Below are positions 18,122 to 28,111 of a stretch of 35,169 nt of DNA, piece by piece. This stretch comes from a virus (Duplodnaviria > Caudoviricetes). The stretch spans positions 1 through 35,169 of IMG/VR virus record IMGVR_UViG_3300017912_000299; one strand, written 5' to 3'. A program made the translations under genes and the position numbers. The first letter of the stretch is position 1. Each line of letters begins with the position of its first letter. Below the pieces are notes generated by a model, which did not search any database, was not told the origin of the DNA, and was given only the letters and a program-made list of their open reading frames with translations.

Positions 18122-18360
18122 TGTTTATTTTTAGTAAGATAAAAACTTACATTATTGGAGCTTTAGCATTGGCTATCCCTATCATTTACGTGATGGGGAA
18201 AGTCGTGGGAGCTAATAAAGAAAAGAATAAAATACTTAAAGACGATCTTCAGGCCTCAAAGAAAAAGACAGACTTTTATAAGAAAATGGCAGAGCATGAA
18301 AAAGATAGTATTACTGATCGCCCTAGTCTCATTAAGCGGCTGCGCGGAAACGGTCTATAG
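18121..18360 (+). CDS. Putative inner-membrane spanin (Rz-like)
   Basis: GTG start overlaps the lysozyme stop. It has one N-terminal TM helix (YIIGALALAIPIIYVMG) followed by a charged coiled region. Confidence 0.65.
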   Translation: MFIFSKIKTYIIGALALAIPIIYVMGKVVGANKEKNKILKDDLQASKKKTDFYKKMAEHEKDSITDRPSLIKRLRGNGL

Positions 18361-18541
18361 AACCGACTTAGAGATTTATTGCCCACCAGTAGAAAAGTAC
18401 TCAGAGGATTTTAATGAGACACTGGCTGCAGAGTTAGATGTTTTAGATGAAGCATACGAGGCAATTCCTGAAGTGGTAACAGATTACATACTACTACGTG
18501 ATCGCATTCGCCAGTGTAATGCTGAGAAGGAAAAACTATAA
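18296..18541 (+). CDS. Putative outer-membrane lipoprotein spanin (Rz1-like)
   Basis: Signal peptide MKKIVLLIALVS plus lipobox LSGC. It overlaps the 3' end of the i-spanin candidate in another frame. Confidence 0.7.
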   Translation: MKKIVLLIALVSLSGCAETVYRTDLEIYCPPVEKYSEDFNETLAAELDVLDEAYEAIPEVVTDYILLRDRIRQCNAEKEKL

Positions 18542-20583
18542 TGGCATATACTATTCAGTCGGGGGATACACTTAGCGAGATTGCTGCAGCCAACAATACT
18601 ACAGTAGAGGCTATAGCATCAGCTAATAACATCTCTAATGTAAATGAAATTCAAGCAGGTGCTTCTTTAAATATTCCCAATAGCAATAGTGGTGGTGGTA
18701 ATATTGTTACTAACACTGTTAGCAATATAGCCTCTGGCGTATCCAATGCAGTCTCTGGTATTGCAAATGATATTCAAATGGGAGCCTATAATCTAATTTA
18801 TGATGAAAACCAAATGGTAGAAAAATTTGGGCAAGATGCGTATGATGATTATGTGGCTCGTACTGCAGTTACTTCTAAAATTGTGAAAGCGGTTCAGGCA
18901 GGTGATCCTACGGGACTCACTGATGAAGAACTATTTAGATATAATCATATGATGGATACGGGTAGCGACACTGATGGCACTAGTATGTCAGAACTTAGTG
19001 AAGTTACAGGTCTTGATGTAGATGGTGAGGGAACAGAAGAAGAGCTTAGTTATGCAGAACAGGTTCTACAGTGGGCTACTGAAACTGGTGTAATACAGAA
19101 ACAGGAAGACATAGAAGCTATCATAGCTGATCCTATGAAGTGGATGAGTGATAATAAGTTTGACCTCAAAAGTGCCATTCCTAATTTAGATGTTGATGCG
19201 GCAGGTACTTCCATAGATGCCAGTGCAGATAAGTTTAAGTTAGATGATGTATCTATGGACCCTTCTACTGTAGATATTAATGATTTGGATACGGTAGATG
19301 AAGTTACAGTATCTACCCCCGTAAGCTATGATGTAACCTCTGCAGCCTCTGGTCTTACAGATGATATGATGGTGGACCCTGTTACGGGTGAAGTATCTAA
19401 AACGGTAGATGCAGAAGAATATACTGTAGACCTCAAAGGCAAAGCCACAGGGATTAATGCAGATGGTTCTGTAGACTATACAGGAAAGGCTCTGAATAAC
19501 TGGGCTGCACAAGATTTTTCCAACATTATTGACACTAGTACCCCTGCAGGTCGAGAACTCGCCCGACAGCTAGGGGAAGGTAACTATACAGATAAACGTG
19601 CTACTACTGCAGGTCAGATAGAAATATTAACTAAACAATTTGTTAATGATCAAGGCGAGTATGTAATTCCTGTATGGGCCAGAGGACTTGCTAAAAGTGT
19701 AAATGGTTCTCTTAATATGACAGGGGCGGCTGCAGATGCAGCAATGGCTCAAGCAATCATGTCCTCAGTAATTCAGATTGCAGACAAAGACGCAAAGTTT
19801 TTTCAAGAGCTAACCATCAAAAATTTAACAAATAGACAGGCAGCTATTATAAACAAAGCTACTGTACTAGCTAATTTTGATACTGCTAATATGAATGCTA
19901 GACAAACGGCTGCAGTAGAAAATGCTAAAGCCTTCTTGCAGATGGACATTAAAAATCTTACTAATGAGCAACAGGCCGAAGTAATTAACAAGGCTGCTAT
20001 GGTAACGGCTCTATTTGATGATGTTAAAGCAATAAATGCAGAGAAGGCATTTGATGCCGCTAATCTAAATGATTTTAATAAATTTTATGCTGAACTTAAT
20101 GTAGCAGTGCAAAAGCATAATACTGCAGAAATTAATGCTCTAAAGAAATTTAATGCAGGGGAAATTAATGATGCAGCCCAGTTTGTATTAGATATACAAA
20201 ATAGCAGGGATCAATTCTATCGAACTATGCAATATAATATTGACCGTTTTAATGCAGGATGGCGACAAGATGTTACCATGAAAGAATTTGAAACGGAGTG
20301 GGATGCTACAACTACAGATGTTAAAAATGCATTTGGTTTTACCACTGAACTACATAATCAGATTTGGGATGATGCCGATTCCATGTTGAATATGGTAGCT
20401 AATATGTCAAGTAAAGAACAGGATAGAATACTCCAACTTACGGTAGCTCAGATACAGGCACAAGCAGGTAGAAAAAGTGGTAACTCATTGCTAGGTGGCA
20501 TACTAAGTTTAGGTTCTGCCTTCCTGAGTACTTCTACAGGCTCTAAAATATTTGCTAAAGCCATTGGTCTTCCAATACCATAA
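18541..20583 (+). CDS. Internal virion / ejection protein with an N-terminal LysM domain
   Basis: YTIQSGDTLSEIAAANNTTVEAIASANNISNVNEIQAGASLNIP, then Ala/Asn/Gln-rich helical repeats and a Gly-rich hydrophobic C-terminus. Confidence 0.75.
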   Translation: MAYTIQSGDTLSEIAAANNTTVEAIASANNISNVNEIQAGASLNIPNSNSGGGNIVTNTVSNIASGVSNAVSGIANDIQMGAYNLIYDENQMVEKFGQDAYDDYVARTAVTSKIVKAVQAGDPTGLTDEELFRYNHMMDTGSDTDGTSMSELSEVTGLDVDGEGTEEELSYAEQVLQWATETGVIQKQEDIEAIIADPMKWMSDNKFDLKSAIPNLDVDAAGTSIDASADKFKLDDVSMDPSTVDINDLDTVDEVTVSTPVSYDVTSAASGLTDDMMVDPVTGEVSKTVDAEEYTVDLKGKATGINADGSVDYTGKALNNWAAQDFSNIIDTSTPAGRELARQLGEGNYTDKRATTAGQIEILTKQFVNDQGEYVIPVWARGLAKSVNGSLNMTGAAADAAMAQAIMSSVIQIADKDAKFFQELTIKNLTNRQAAIINKATVLANFDTANMNARQTAAVENAKAFLQMDIKNLTNEQQAEVINKAAMVTALFDDVKAINAEKAFDAANLNDFNKFYAELNVAVQKHNTAEINALKKFNAGEINDAAQFVLDIQNSRDQFYRTMQYNIDRFNAGWRQDVTMKEFETEWDATTTDVKNAFGFTTELHNQIWDDADSMLNMVANMSSKEQDRILQLTVAQIQAQAGRKSGNSLLGGILSLGSAFLSTSTGSKIFAKAIGLPIP

Positions 20584-20597
20584 TAGAGGATAATAAT

Positions 20598-20792
20598 ATG
20601 CGTTTTGATGAGGCAGTATTAATAGCCATGCAGAAGTTTAGGACGGGGGATGTACTCGCCAAAACTAAAGAACTCAAAGGTGGTGCAGTTAGATACACTC
20701 CTGAGTATTTTGATGAGCTAGAAAAAGATATATTAGGTGAAGACGTAGAAGCTGATCTTGATCAGGAAATGGAGATAGAAGATGAAACTTAA
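20598..20792 (+). CDS. Small acidic hypothetical protein
   Basis: 64 aa ORF with a GAGGA RBS, filling the gap between two co-oriented genes. Confidence 0.65.
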   Translation: MRFDEAVLIAMQKFRTGDVLAKTKELKGGAVRYTPEYFDELEKDILGEDVEADLDQEMEIEDET

Positions 20793-21336
20793 AGCTCCTA
20801 TTCCGGGCGAAAACTTAGTAGCAGATGGTCGTAATTATCCGTGGCGTAGAGCGCCCGAAATAGTAGATTATGATGAAGCAGTGGAGTCCATCCTAAATAA
20901 AGTGGATGAAGATGTAGAACTAGAAGCTGTGTTTGCCATGATGGATGTTGGGGCCGATATGGTCACAATTACATCTACTTTGCTACTTAACTATATAGGT
21001 ATGGGCAAAGTAAGCATAGACTTAGCTCTACTTATGGCAGGGCCTCTGTCCCGTTATTTAGAAATAAAAGCAAAGTCTGCAGGAGTAGATTTTGATCTAG
21101 GACTTGTAAATGAAAACCGTAAGCCGATTACTGCAGAAGATATGCGTATGGCAATGGGCATTGTACAACAAGATGAAGAAGAAGAAACTCCTGTATTAGA
21201 TTTGCCCCAAGAAGCTCCTGAAGAGGAAGCTCCTGAAGATAGTTTGATGGCACAGCCTCCTGTGGCCTCTGAAGAAGAACAATCTTCTATGCTAGGCATG
21301 GATGAAGAAGAAGAAGAAGAGATTGCTAATGGCTAA
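20782..21336 (+). CDS. Conserved virion-associated hypothetical protein
   Basis: 184 aa with APIPGENL..NYPWRRAPE, GKVSIDLALLMAGPL and an acidic tail. GGAG RBS. Confidence 0.7.
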   Translation: MKLKAPIPGENLVADGRNYPWRRAPEIVDYDEAVESILNKVDEDVELEAVFAMMDVGADMVTITSTLLLNYIGMGKVSIDLALLMAGPLSRYLEIKAKSAGVDFDLGLVNENRKPITAEDMRMAMGIVQQDEEEETPVLDLPQEAPEEEAPEDSLMAQPPVASEEEQSSMLGMDEEEEEEIANG

Positions 21337-24325
21337 AATACGTTTCTCAGATAAAGTAGCTGAAGTTCAAGGACAACTTGCTGAAGGGGGGTTTATGGAT
21401 AAGCCCACTCTGGGCGATTACATGACTGTTGCCGCACAAAATCTTGCGACAGGGCTTCAGGCTGCAGAAAAAGAACGTATGATTAAAGAGAAAGAAGAAC
21501 GGGCAGAGGCGGCAGCTAAAGCAGAACGCATTCGTAAAGAACAACTAGAAGAAGAAAAACAAGTTAAAAAACTTAAAGCAGCTATTAATGCAGCCTTAGA
21601 TATTGAGCTTGGGAGTAAAGAGAATATAGATTGGCAATGGTCAAACATAGAAGGTGGCAGACCTTCTGTTGTCAGTAATATTTTTTCTGTATTAAATGCT
21701 AATGATGTTGATCCTTCTCAGGTATCTGGGTACATCAATCTGATGTATGATAGAGGGGCTTTTGATGCGGCTGCTATAAAAAGAGATATATCTCTTGATA
21801 CTCAGACTATAGATGATCAAACAGATTCAGCCCTTGGTACAACTACTACATCTTCTATAAAAATAGGTAGTTCCTATACTGATGATACTAATTATTTTGT
21901 TGAGTTTGGAAAAACTAAAGTTGATTTATTTGCCCCTGCTAATGTTGCTACAGAAAGCACTTGGCAGCAATCTATAGCAGATATCCAGAATGCTACATAT
22001 GGACAGCTTCGCAAAGATGCAGAAATTTCTGCTATTAAACAAAAAGCAAAAGATATGGGGTGGGTTACTGTAGGAGACAGAACTCTCAAAGAAGTAAAAG
22101 ACATGAAAACTTCTACTGAAATTGAGGATTGGGCAGCTACTCAAAATCTTAATGATGAAGATGCAACTACAGTAGAAGCTGTTATTGAAACTAAAAAAGA
22201 CATTGAAGATAAAAAACTTTGGTTTAATCAGCCCGTCAGTAAAATAATTGAATGGAACTATGACGGGGATAGTAAAAATAAAGGCGCAATACTAGATGCT
22301 CAAATAGGACTACAGTTAGCCCTTAGTGAGGATTTGAACCTTCTCCCTCAGAAGAGAGCTAGTGCTAAAGAAAAATATGAAAAGCTAATGACCGCTAAAT
22401 CCACTATAGCTCTCTTAAATGGTCAAGCTAAATTTGATGAAGTAAGTGACTTAATTCCTTTCATGGGCAAAGACGTAACTGAATTAACTAATTTAAGAGC
22501 AATGATAGTTCAGTTAGGTGCGCCTGATGATGTTCAACAAACGATGGGACTTATACTAAGTCAGGCTATAGAGCAACGAGATGCAGAAGAGCAAAAGCGT
22601 ATGTTGCTGCTTGAACCTAAAAAGATAGCTTATATGGATTTTGTTGAGTCTGAGGAATATAAAGAAGACTTAATTAAAGGTGTGTCTATAGGTGATCTAT
22701 CAGCCCGTTTTGAAAAACGGTGGTCACAGGCAACCAGTATTGCACAACAGCCTAAAGATTGGTTTGAAGAACCAGAAAACTTGCGTTCCTTAACTTTAGA
22801 TGAAGTTAATCTTCTAATAAATGCTCAGATAGTAACAGAAAATCATCCTGCTTATGATACTATCACCAAGATTAAAACTTCGCTAGAGGGTGCACAAACA
22901 GACGATGATATAGCTGACTTGTCTACTAAAATTAGTGAAGCCGCTAATAAAGGCCCTAAAGCTCTAGAACTTCTAGCTTTAGAAACAGGTGCAGCGTCTC
23001 TTCTAACTAACGATACCTTGGCTGATCAATATAGTAAGGCTATGGCTATAGCAAATGCATACACAGAGCCTGAAGAGATAGATGAATATCAGATGGTTCT
23101 ACGGGCAGCGATAGCTGAAGCAGAAGAAAATAATGTAGACTTCTCAACTATGAGTTCAGGAGATATTAGTAAGTTTTTTGGGGAAGTAAAACTAAACTAC
23201 GATGCCGCTAGAACAGCTACTAAAGATGAGAACTACGGCATAGAAGAGTTCCAATCTGAGCTAGTTAAATACTCATTAGCTCTAGCAAATAATCCAAATG
23301 ATAAAGCTGCTAAAGATTGGTTAAATAAACAGGCTCCTATTATAGAGAGTTCTCTTCTTAGAGTATCAGGCATGAATGATGAGGCTAAGATGTTAGCTAA
23401 ACTCAGAAATCGTGGCCTAGATGATACTGATGAAAATAGAAGACTTATTGCATCGGCTGATGATCTTAAAATTACTACTTCTTTCTCAGGCTTCCCAATG
23501 ATCGTTAATAAACTTACTAGTGACGCCACGATTATAGGGTCAGGGGATGATACTGCAAATATTCCTGCCACAATGGATAACCTTGATAATACTCTTACGG
23601 ATATGAAAAACAATCCTAATGAGTATAACTATATAGGTAAAGTCTCTGTAGCAGAAGATGGCGCATTAACTATTGATGTACGCAATGGTCAAACAATCAC
23701 CCTTACTGCAGATCAGATAAGAGAGAGTGCAGAGTTTGATAAAGAACTGGCTATGTCTCAGTCGGTTCAAGAAGGCATACCTATGTCACAAGGTCCGGGG
23801 TCTTATATTAGACAGGGACTAGCTGCAATATCAGATATAACCTTTGGACTTCCTCCAGAAAGCGATAGGGCCAAGACTACTGCAGCAATAGGCTTCTTAG
23901 AAAAACTGAAGATTAACACTATCCTTAAACTTTCTGCAGCGCAGGGAACTAGAGACAGTGTATGGCAGAAACAGGCTTTGAGTATTACTCTTCCAGAACG
24001 AGGGCTGCTTAAAGGCAATCAGTTAGCACTTCAAGACTTTGAAAATACTCTATCAGGGTTAATAGAAACAAAAAATATCTTAGATGATATAATGACAGAG
24101 GCTAAGACACCAGAAGGTGCTACTGATAAGTCTATAACTGCTAAGTCTGCCCGAACTCTAAAAGATATAAACTCTCTAATACCTGTATATCAAGAGGTGG
24201 TTAGATTGTTTAAAGAAGGTGGAGCTACGTCAGATAAATCTTCGGGGTCGGGGAAGAGTGGAAATATTCAAGACTTAAATCTACAAAAAGGTAGTTTTAC
24301 TACAGGTGAAGGTGAAAACAGATGA
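21329..24325 (+). CDS. Large internal virion (ejection) protein
   Basis: About 998 aa, helical and acidic. The start was moved from 21302 to the ATG at 21329 (MAKIRF), which overlaps the upstream stop region. Its position matches T7 gp15/P22 gp20-type genes. Confidence 0.6.
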   Translation: MAKIRFSDKVAEVQGQLAEGGFMDKPTLGDYMTVAAQNLATGLQAAEKERMIKEKEERAEAAAKAERIRKEQLEEEKQVKKLKAAINAALDIELGSKENIDWQWSNIEGGRPSVVSNIFSVLNANDVDPSQVSGYINLMYDRGAFDAAAIKRDISLDTQTIDDQTDSALGTTTTSSIKIGSSYTDDTNYFVEFGKTKVDLFAPANVATESTWQQSIADIQNATYGQLRKDAEISAIKQKAKDMGWVTVGDRTLKEVKDMKTSTEIEDWAATQNLNDEDATTVEAVIETKKDIEDKKLWFNQPVSKIIEWNYDGDSKNKGAILDAQIGLQLALSEDLNLLPQKRASAKEKYEKLMTAKSTIALLNGQAKFDEVSDLIPFMGKDVTELTNLRAMIVQLGAPDDVQQTMGLILSQAIEQRDAEEQKRMLLLEPKKIAYMDFVESEEYKEDLIKGVSIGDLSARFEKRWSQATSIAQQPKDWFEEPENLRSLTLDEVNLLINAQIVTENHPAYDTITKIKTSLEGAQTDDDIADLSTKISEAANKGPKALELLALETGAASLLTNDTLADQYSKAMAIANAYTEPEEIDEYQMVLRAAIAEAEENNVDFSTMSSGDISKFFGEVKLNYDAARTATKDENYGIEEFQSELVKYSLALANNPNDKAAKDWLNKQAPIIESSLLRVSGMNDEAKMLAKLRNRGLDDTDENRRLIASADDLKITTSFSGFPMIVNKLTSDATIIGSGDDTANIPATMDNLDNTLTDMKNNPNEYNYIGKVSVAEDGALTIDVRNGQTITLTADQIRESAEFDKELAMSQSVQEGIPMSQGPGSYIRQGLAAISDITFGLPPESDRAKTTAAIGFLEKLKINTILKLSAAQGTRDSVWQKQALSITLPERGLLKGNQLALQDFENTLSGLIETKNILDDIMTEAKTPEGATDKSITAKSARTLKDINSLIPVYQEVVRLFKEGGATSDKSSGSGKSGNIQDLNLQKGSFTTGEGENR

Positions 24326-27300
24326 GTTCTGTAAACTTAAACTTTTTAAATGATTTATCTTCTCAGTATGGGGCTACTGACACCTTAGATGAATTTATTA
24401 AGGCCGAAGGGCCAAATATAACCGTGGATGGAGAGTCCTATGATCTTAATATGATCCGTGGGCTTATGACAGAGGACGGGGAACGAAACTTCACAGACGA
24501 AGACATTATCACCTTTATGAATAAGGGGGTGTCTGTAGACTACAGCATTGATAGTGCAGGGGATGCTGCATTAGCAGGGGTAGGAAGCGGAAGCCTTGGT
24601 GTACTAGGCGCACCTGTAGATATAGTTAATTCTATTACCCGTGGGATAGAAGATGTTACTAGGGCAGGAGTTAACAAATTAGCTAGTATAAATGCTCCTG
24701 AAGGAGTAGATGATCCTAATTCCCCTAACTATGATCCAGACTTTTATTTAAGTAGAAATCCTGAAGATTTTATTTTCAGTAGCACTAAGCCTTTTGCAGG
24801 TAAAGAGAGCATTGCTGAAGGACTAGAGACTACATACGCTCTTGTGGGTTCTGACTTTGAATACAAGCTAGATAAGATGGAGATACCTGAAGAGTATCGC
24901 TATGCTTATGTTATGGCAGAGATAGCGGCTGAGAATGCTCCTATCGTATTTGGTCTTCCTGTAGTAGCTGCTACTAAGGCAGGTAGTGGTAAACCTGTTC
25001 ATGCTTTTTGGGACGAGATAATTAAGGACCCTAAGAAGTTTGTAATGACAGAGAGTGCCGCTACTTCAGGTGGTGCAGCATTTGTTGGAATAGCTGAACA
25101 ACAACAAGTAGAAAATCCCTACGCCAGAATGGGCATAGAATTTCTTGGTAACTTAGCAGGGGGAGCATCGGCAAACCCTAAAAGTATATTTGAAACAGGT
25201 GTCAAAGGCGCACTTAAACTTCCTATAGTAGGGGCAGTACTTAAAGGTAAGAGTAAGTCTGCAGCCCGTATTGCTGCCTTCCAAGAATTAAAGAGAAGTT
25301 TAAATTCTACTCATAAAAATCTACTAAAAAAATCAGAGGAATTAAGACAAGAAGCTGCAAACGCACAAACTGCTTCGGAAAGAGATGCTTTTCTTCAACA
25401 GGCAGATGCCGCTGAGAACGAAGCAGGGCTTTATGAATTAAGTTTTGTGTTTAATACTATGGAAAAGGGCTATCGGGATATTTACCGTTTAGCAGAAGGT
25501 CAAGATATTGATCCTATAGATAGTGAAGTGTTTGCAGGTAACTTTGCAAACAACCCTGCAATAGTAGAATTACAAAAATACTTTTCTAATCAAGACAGTG
25601 TATTTGACGCACAAGTTATACAGAATGCCCAAGAGTCTATAGCATATATGTTATCGGCTGCAGAGGCTATGGCTAGAGGTGGCAACCCTGAAGCTGCCCA
25701 GATTATGACTAACAACGCCTATCAACAGGCTGTTAATATGGTTATGATAGATGCCCAAGACAAAGCTCAAAAGCTATTGCAGGGGGTTAGAGGTAACGTA
25801 GATCAACAATCCGTAATAGATGCATCTATACAAGCTCAGAAACTTATATCTGAAGCTAGGCAGAGTTGGAGTGGCATGGAAGACTATCTGTGGCAGACTA
25901 TTCCAACAGACATAATGGTAGAGAATAATAAATTTATTGAAGAAATTAGAAGTATTTATTCTGGCCCAGATAGAGTTTTATTCAGTGAACAATCTGTAAC
26001 TGGATCAGGCGAACTAGATGCTGTTCTTAGTAGATTAGGAAATGCAGATACAATATCTCTTGGGGACCTAAAACTTATTAGATCACAGTTGTTGCAGTTA
26101 GCTAGAACTAGCAGTTCAGGGTTAAACCCAGACTTTAGAGCTTCTGGTATTTATAGTCGCCTAGCAAATTCTACACTCAAGGATATAACTGAAAGTAATA
26201 TTCCTGAAAATATTCTAGCAGAATTTAATCTAGCTAGAGCTTTTTCTAGTAGGCTACATGAAAGATTTGATACGGGCTTTAATGCGGAGTTACTTAATTT
26301 AACAGGTCAGGCAACTAGTGATTTAGCAATGACACCTGAAATGTCTCTTACCAGAGCATATGGTGGTGGTGGAATACAGGGTAAAGAAAATTTAGAGGAT
26401 ATGCAGGTTGCTGCTTCAGAAACTGATACAGTAGAAGCTGCTATGACAGCTAAAATGATGGATGATGCCGCTGTAGCTGCAGGGATGGAAAAAGGCAGTG
26501 GCGAAACTATAATAACTCCTGCACCGTCTTCTACGTCAGTAGTTCGTACCGAAGGTCCTATGCCTTATACCCCACCTAATCAGACAGCATATCCATTTAA
26601 GCCTGTTCCTGAAAACCGTATGACCATAGACGAAGATGGGAATGTAGTTCCAGAGCCTAATCAGGGACAGCCTAGATTTAGAGATAATGATCCTAGAACT
26701 AGAACTCGTAATGATATATTTCCACCAGAGGGATCAGAGACTGCAGACACACTTAACAATATGTTTGGGTTTAACAGAAGTAATTCTCCTGAAGTTGATC
26801 CACCAAAGGATTTGTCAGATGCAGAGATAAACTCTCAGGCAGATGAAATATATGGAGATGGTCCACCAGAGGAAGTTGTAGGTGGGGAAGTAGCAGTAGC
26901 AGATACACCTACTCCTTTTGGTCCTGCAATGTCAGAGGCTCAAGAAACATTTTTAAGAAATCTAGTATATACAAAGTTACTAGATAGTAAGACTGTTAAG
27001 ACACCAGAAGGGGATACTAAAACTCTTTTAACTCTTAGCCCCGAAAAAGTAAGACAGTGGAAACTTGATAATGAGGCACTACTCAGTCGCTTCCCAGACC
27101 TAGCTACAGACATTGATCTTGCTATAGATGCTAGAAGAGTAATGGATCGAATGGATTCAGAACTATCTGCAGTAGCGGAAGGTAATCTTTCTCAGAATAT
27201 AAATGATATATTTACTGGTAATGTAAATAGATTAGATAGACTGCAAGAATTAAAACAGGTTGCTTCTAGTGTAGCTAATCAAGGAGACAATGCTCCCAAG

Positions 27301-28071
27301 GCGGCTCTAAGAAATTCTATTATGGATTACATATTTAGAATATCGGAAAGACCTTCTGATCCCTCAATAGATTACTTAGAAAAGGGATCACCTAACTTTC
27401 AGGCTATAGCTAAAAATTTATTAACTCCTATCAATGATCAGGGGATGACTTTACTTGATGCATTGGCATACAAGAAACCAGACAATCCTAATGATTACGC
27501 TATCCTGCAGCCAGATGAGATTGCAGCCGTAGCTAGGTTCTTACAGGAAGGGATCAACATTGAGAACTCTTTACGTCCCAGAGCTACCCCAGAGGAAGTA
27601 ATTACGCCTACTGGTGATCTACAAACAAACCTTGCTAGGATTGTGGGTGCTAATATTGGTGCTACCTTTGGAGAAGGTGGGGCTTCATTACAGACTGCCC
27701 AGATTGTCTCAGGACAGTTCAAGAAATTAGTTAGTTCACTACCTCTAGCCAACCAAAAGAAGGCTATGCAAGACTTACTTAAAAGCCCTAGAATACTTGT
27801 TGGTATGTATAAGAGGGACCCTTCAGTTAGGCTTACTAGCTTTCAAGCATATAAAGAAAGTATCATTAGTCGATATAATGAAGCAGGGGTCAAAGGAGTT
27901 GCAGGTAAATTAGCTAAAGATGCTACTATGGGAACAGTTAATGTTATTGCTGATGGGCTTACTGATACGCCTGTAAGTGCTAGACTTGGTGCTACTACAG
28001 GAGAGAAAGACCTACCAGATGATGCTGTAGTCCAAACTGAAGAAATGCTATCTGAGGAAGAGGAAGAGTAA
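24322..28071 (+). CDS. Large internal virion (ejection) protein
   Basis: 1249 aa with an ATGA overlap and Gly/Ala-rich hydrophobic segments (LGVLGAPVDIVN, LARIVGANIGATFG). It is the last gene of the structural arm. Confidence 0.65.
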   Translation: MSSVNLNFLNDLSSQYGATDTLDEFIKAEGPNITVDGESYDLNMIRGLMTEDGERNFTDEDIITFMNKGVSVDYSIDSAGDAALAGVGSGSLGVLGAPVDIVNSITRGIEDVTRAGVNKLASINAPEGVDDPNSPNYDPDFYLSRNPEDFIFSSTKPFAGKESIAEGLETTYALVGSDFEYKLDKMEIPEEYRYAYVMAEIAAENAPIVFGLPVVAATKAGSGKPVHAFWDEIIKDPKKFVMTESAATSGGAAFVGIAEQQQVENPYARMGIEFLGNLAGGASANPKSIFETGVKGALKLPIVGAVLKGKSKSAARIAAFQELKRSLNSTHKNLLKKSEELRQEAANAQTASERDAFLQQADAAENEAGLYELSFVFNTMEKGYRDIYRLAEGQDIDPIDSEVFAGNFANNPAIVELQKYFSNQDSVFDAQVIQNAQESIAYMLSAAEAMARGGNPEAAQIMTNNAYQQAVNMVMIDAQDKAQKLLQGVRGNVDQQSVIDASIQAQKLISEARQSWSGMEDYLWQTIPTDIMVENNKFIEEIRSIYSGPDRVLFSEQSVTGSGELDAVLSRLGNADTISLGDLKLIRSQLLQLARTSSSGLNPDFRASGIYSRLANSTLKDITESNIPENILAEFNLARAFSSRLHERFDTGFNAELLNLTGQATSDLAMTPEMSLTRAYGGGGIQGKENLEDMQVAASETDTVEAAMTAKMMDDAAVAAGMEKGSGETIITPAPSSTSVVRTEGPMPYTPPNQTAYPFKPVPENRMTIDEDGNVVPEPNQGQPRFRDNDPRTRTRNDIFPPEGSETADTLNNMFGFNRSNSPEVDPPKDLSDAEINSQADEIYGDGPPEEVVGGEVAVADTPTPFGPAMSEAQETFLRNLVYTKLLDSKTVKTPEGDTKTLLTLSPEKVRQWKLDNEALLSRFPDLATDIDLAIDARRVMDRMDSELSAVAEGNLSQNINDIFTGNVNRLDRLQELKQVASSVANQGDNAPKAALRNSIMDYIFRISERPSDPSIDYLEKGSPNFQAIAKNLLTPINDQGMTLLDALAYKKPDNPNDYAILQPDEIAAVARFLQEGINIENSLRPRATPEEVITPTGDLQTNLARIVGANIGATFGEGGASLQTAQIVSGQFKKLVSSLPLANQKKAMQDLLKSPRILVGMYKRDPSVRLTSFQAYKESIISRYNEAGVKGVAGKLAKDATMGTVNVIADGLTDTPVSARLGATTGEKDLPDDAVVQTEEMLSEEEEE

Positions 28072-28111
28072 AAATAAACCCCCGTAAGTTTATGTGCCTA
28101 CGAGGGTTTAT
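28071..28111 (-). terminator. Intrinsic terminator of the minus-strand sRNA / replication arm
   Basis: Minus strand reads ATAAACCCTCGTAGG-cacataaa-CTTACGGGGGTTTAT-TTT. The G-U pairs only form on the minus strand. Confidence 0.8.

Noticed and set aside
21302-21328. Poly-Lys N-terminus MKKKKKRLL on the 1007 aa ORF
   Set aside because: It is an out-of-frame reading of the GAA run coding the poly-Glu tail of the upstream gene. The ATG at 21329 is the more likely start.
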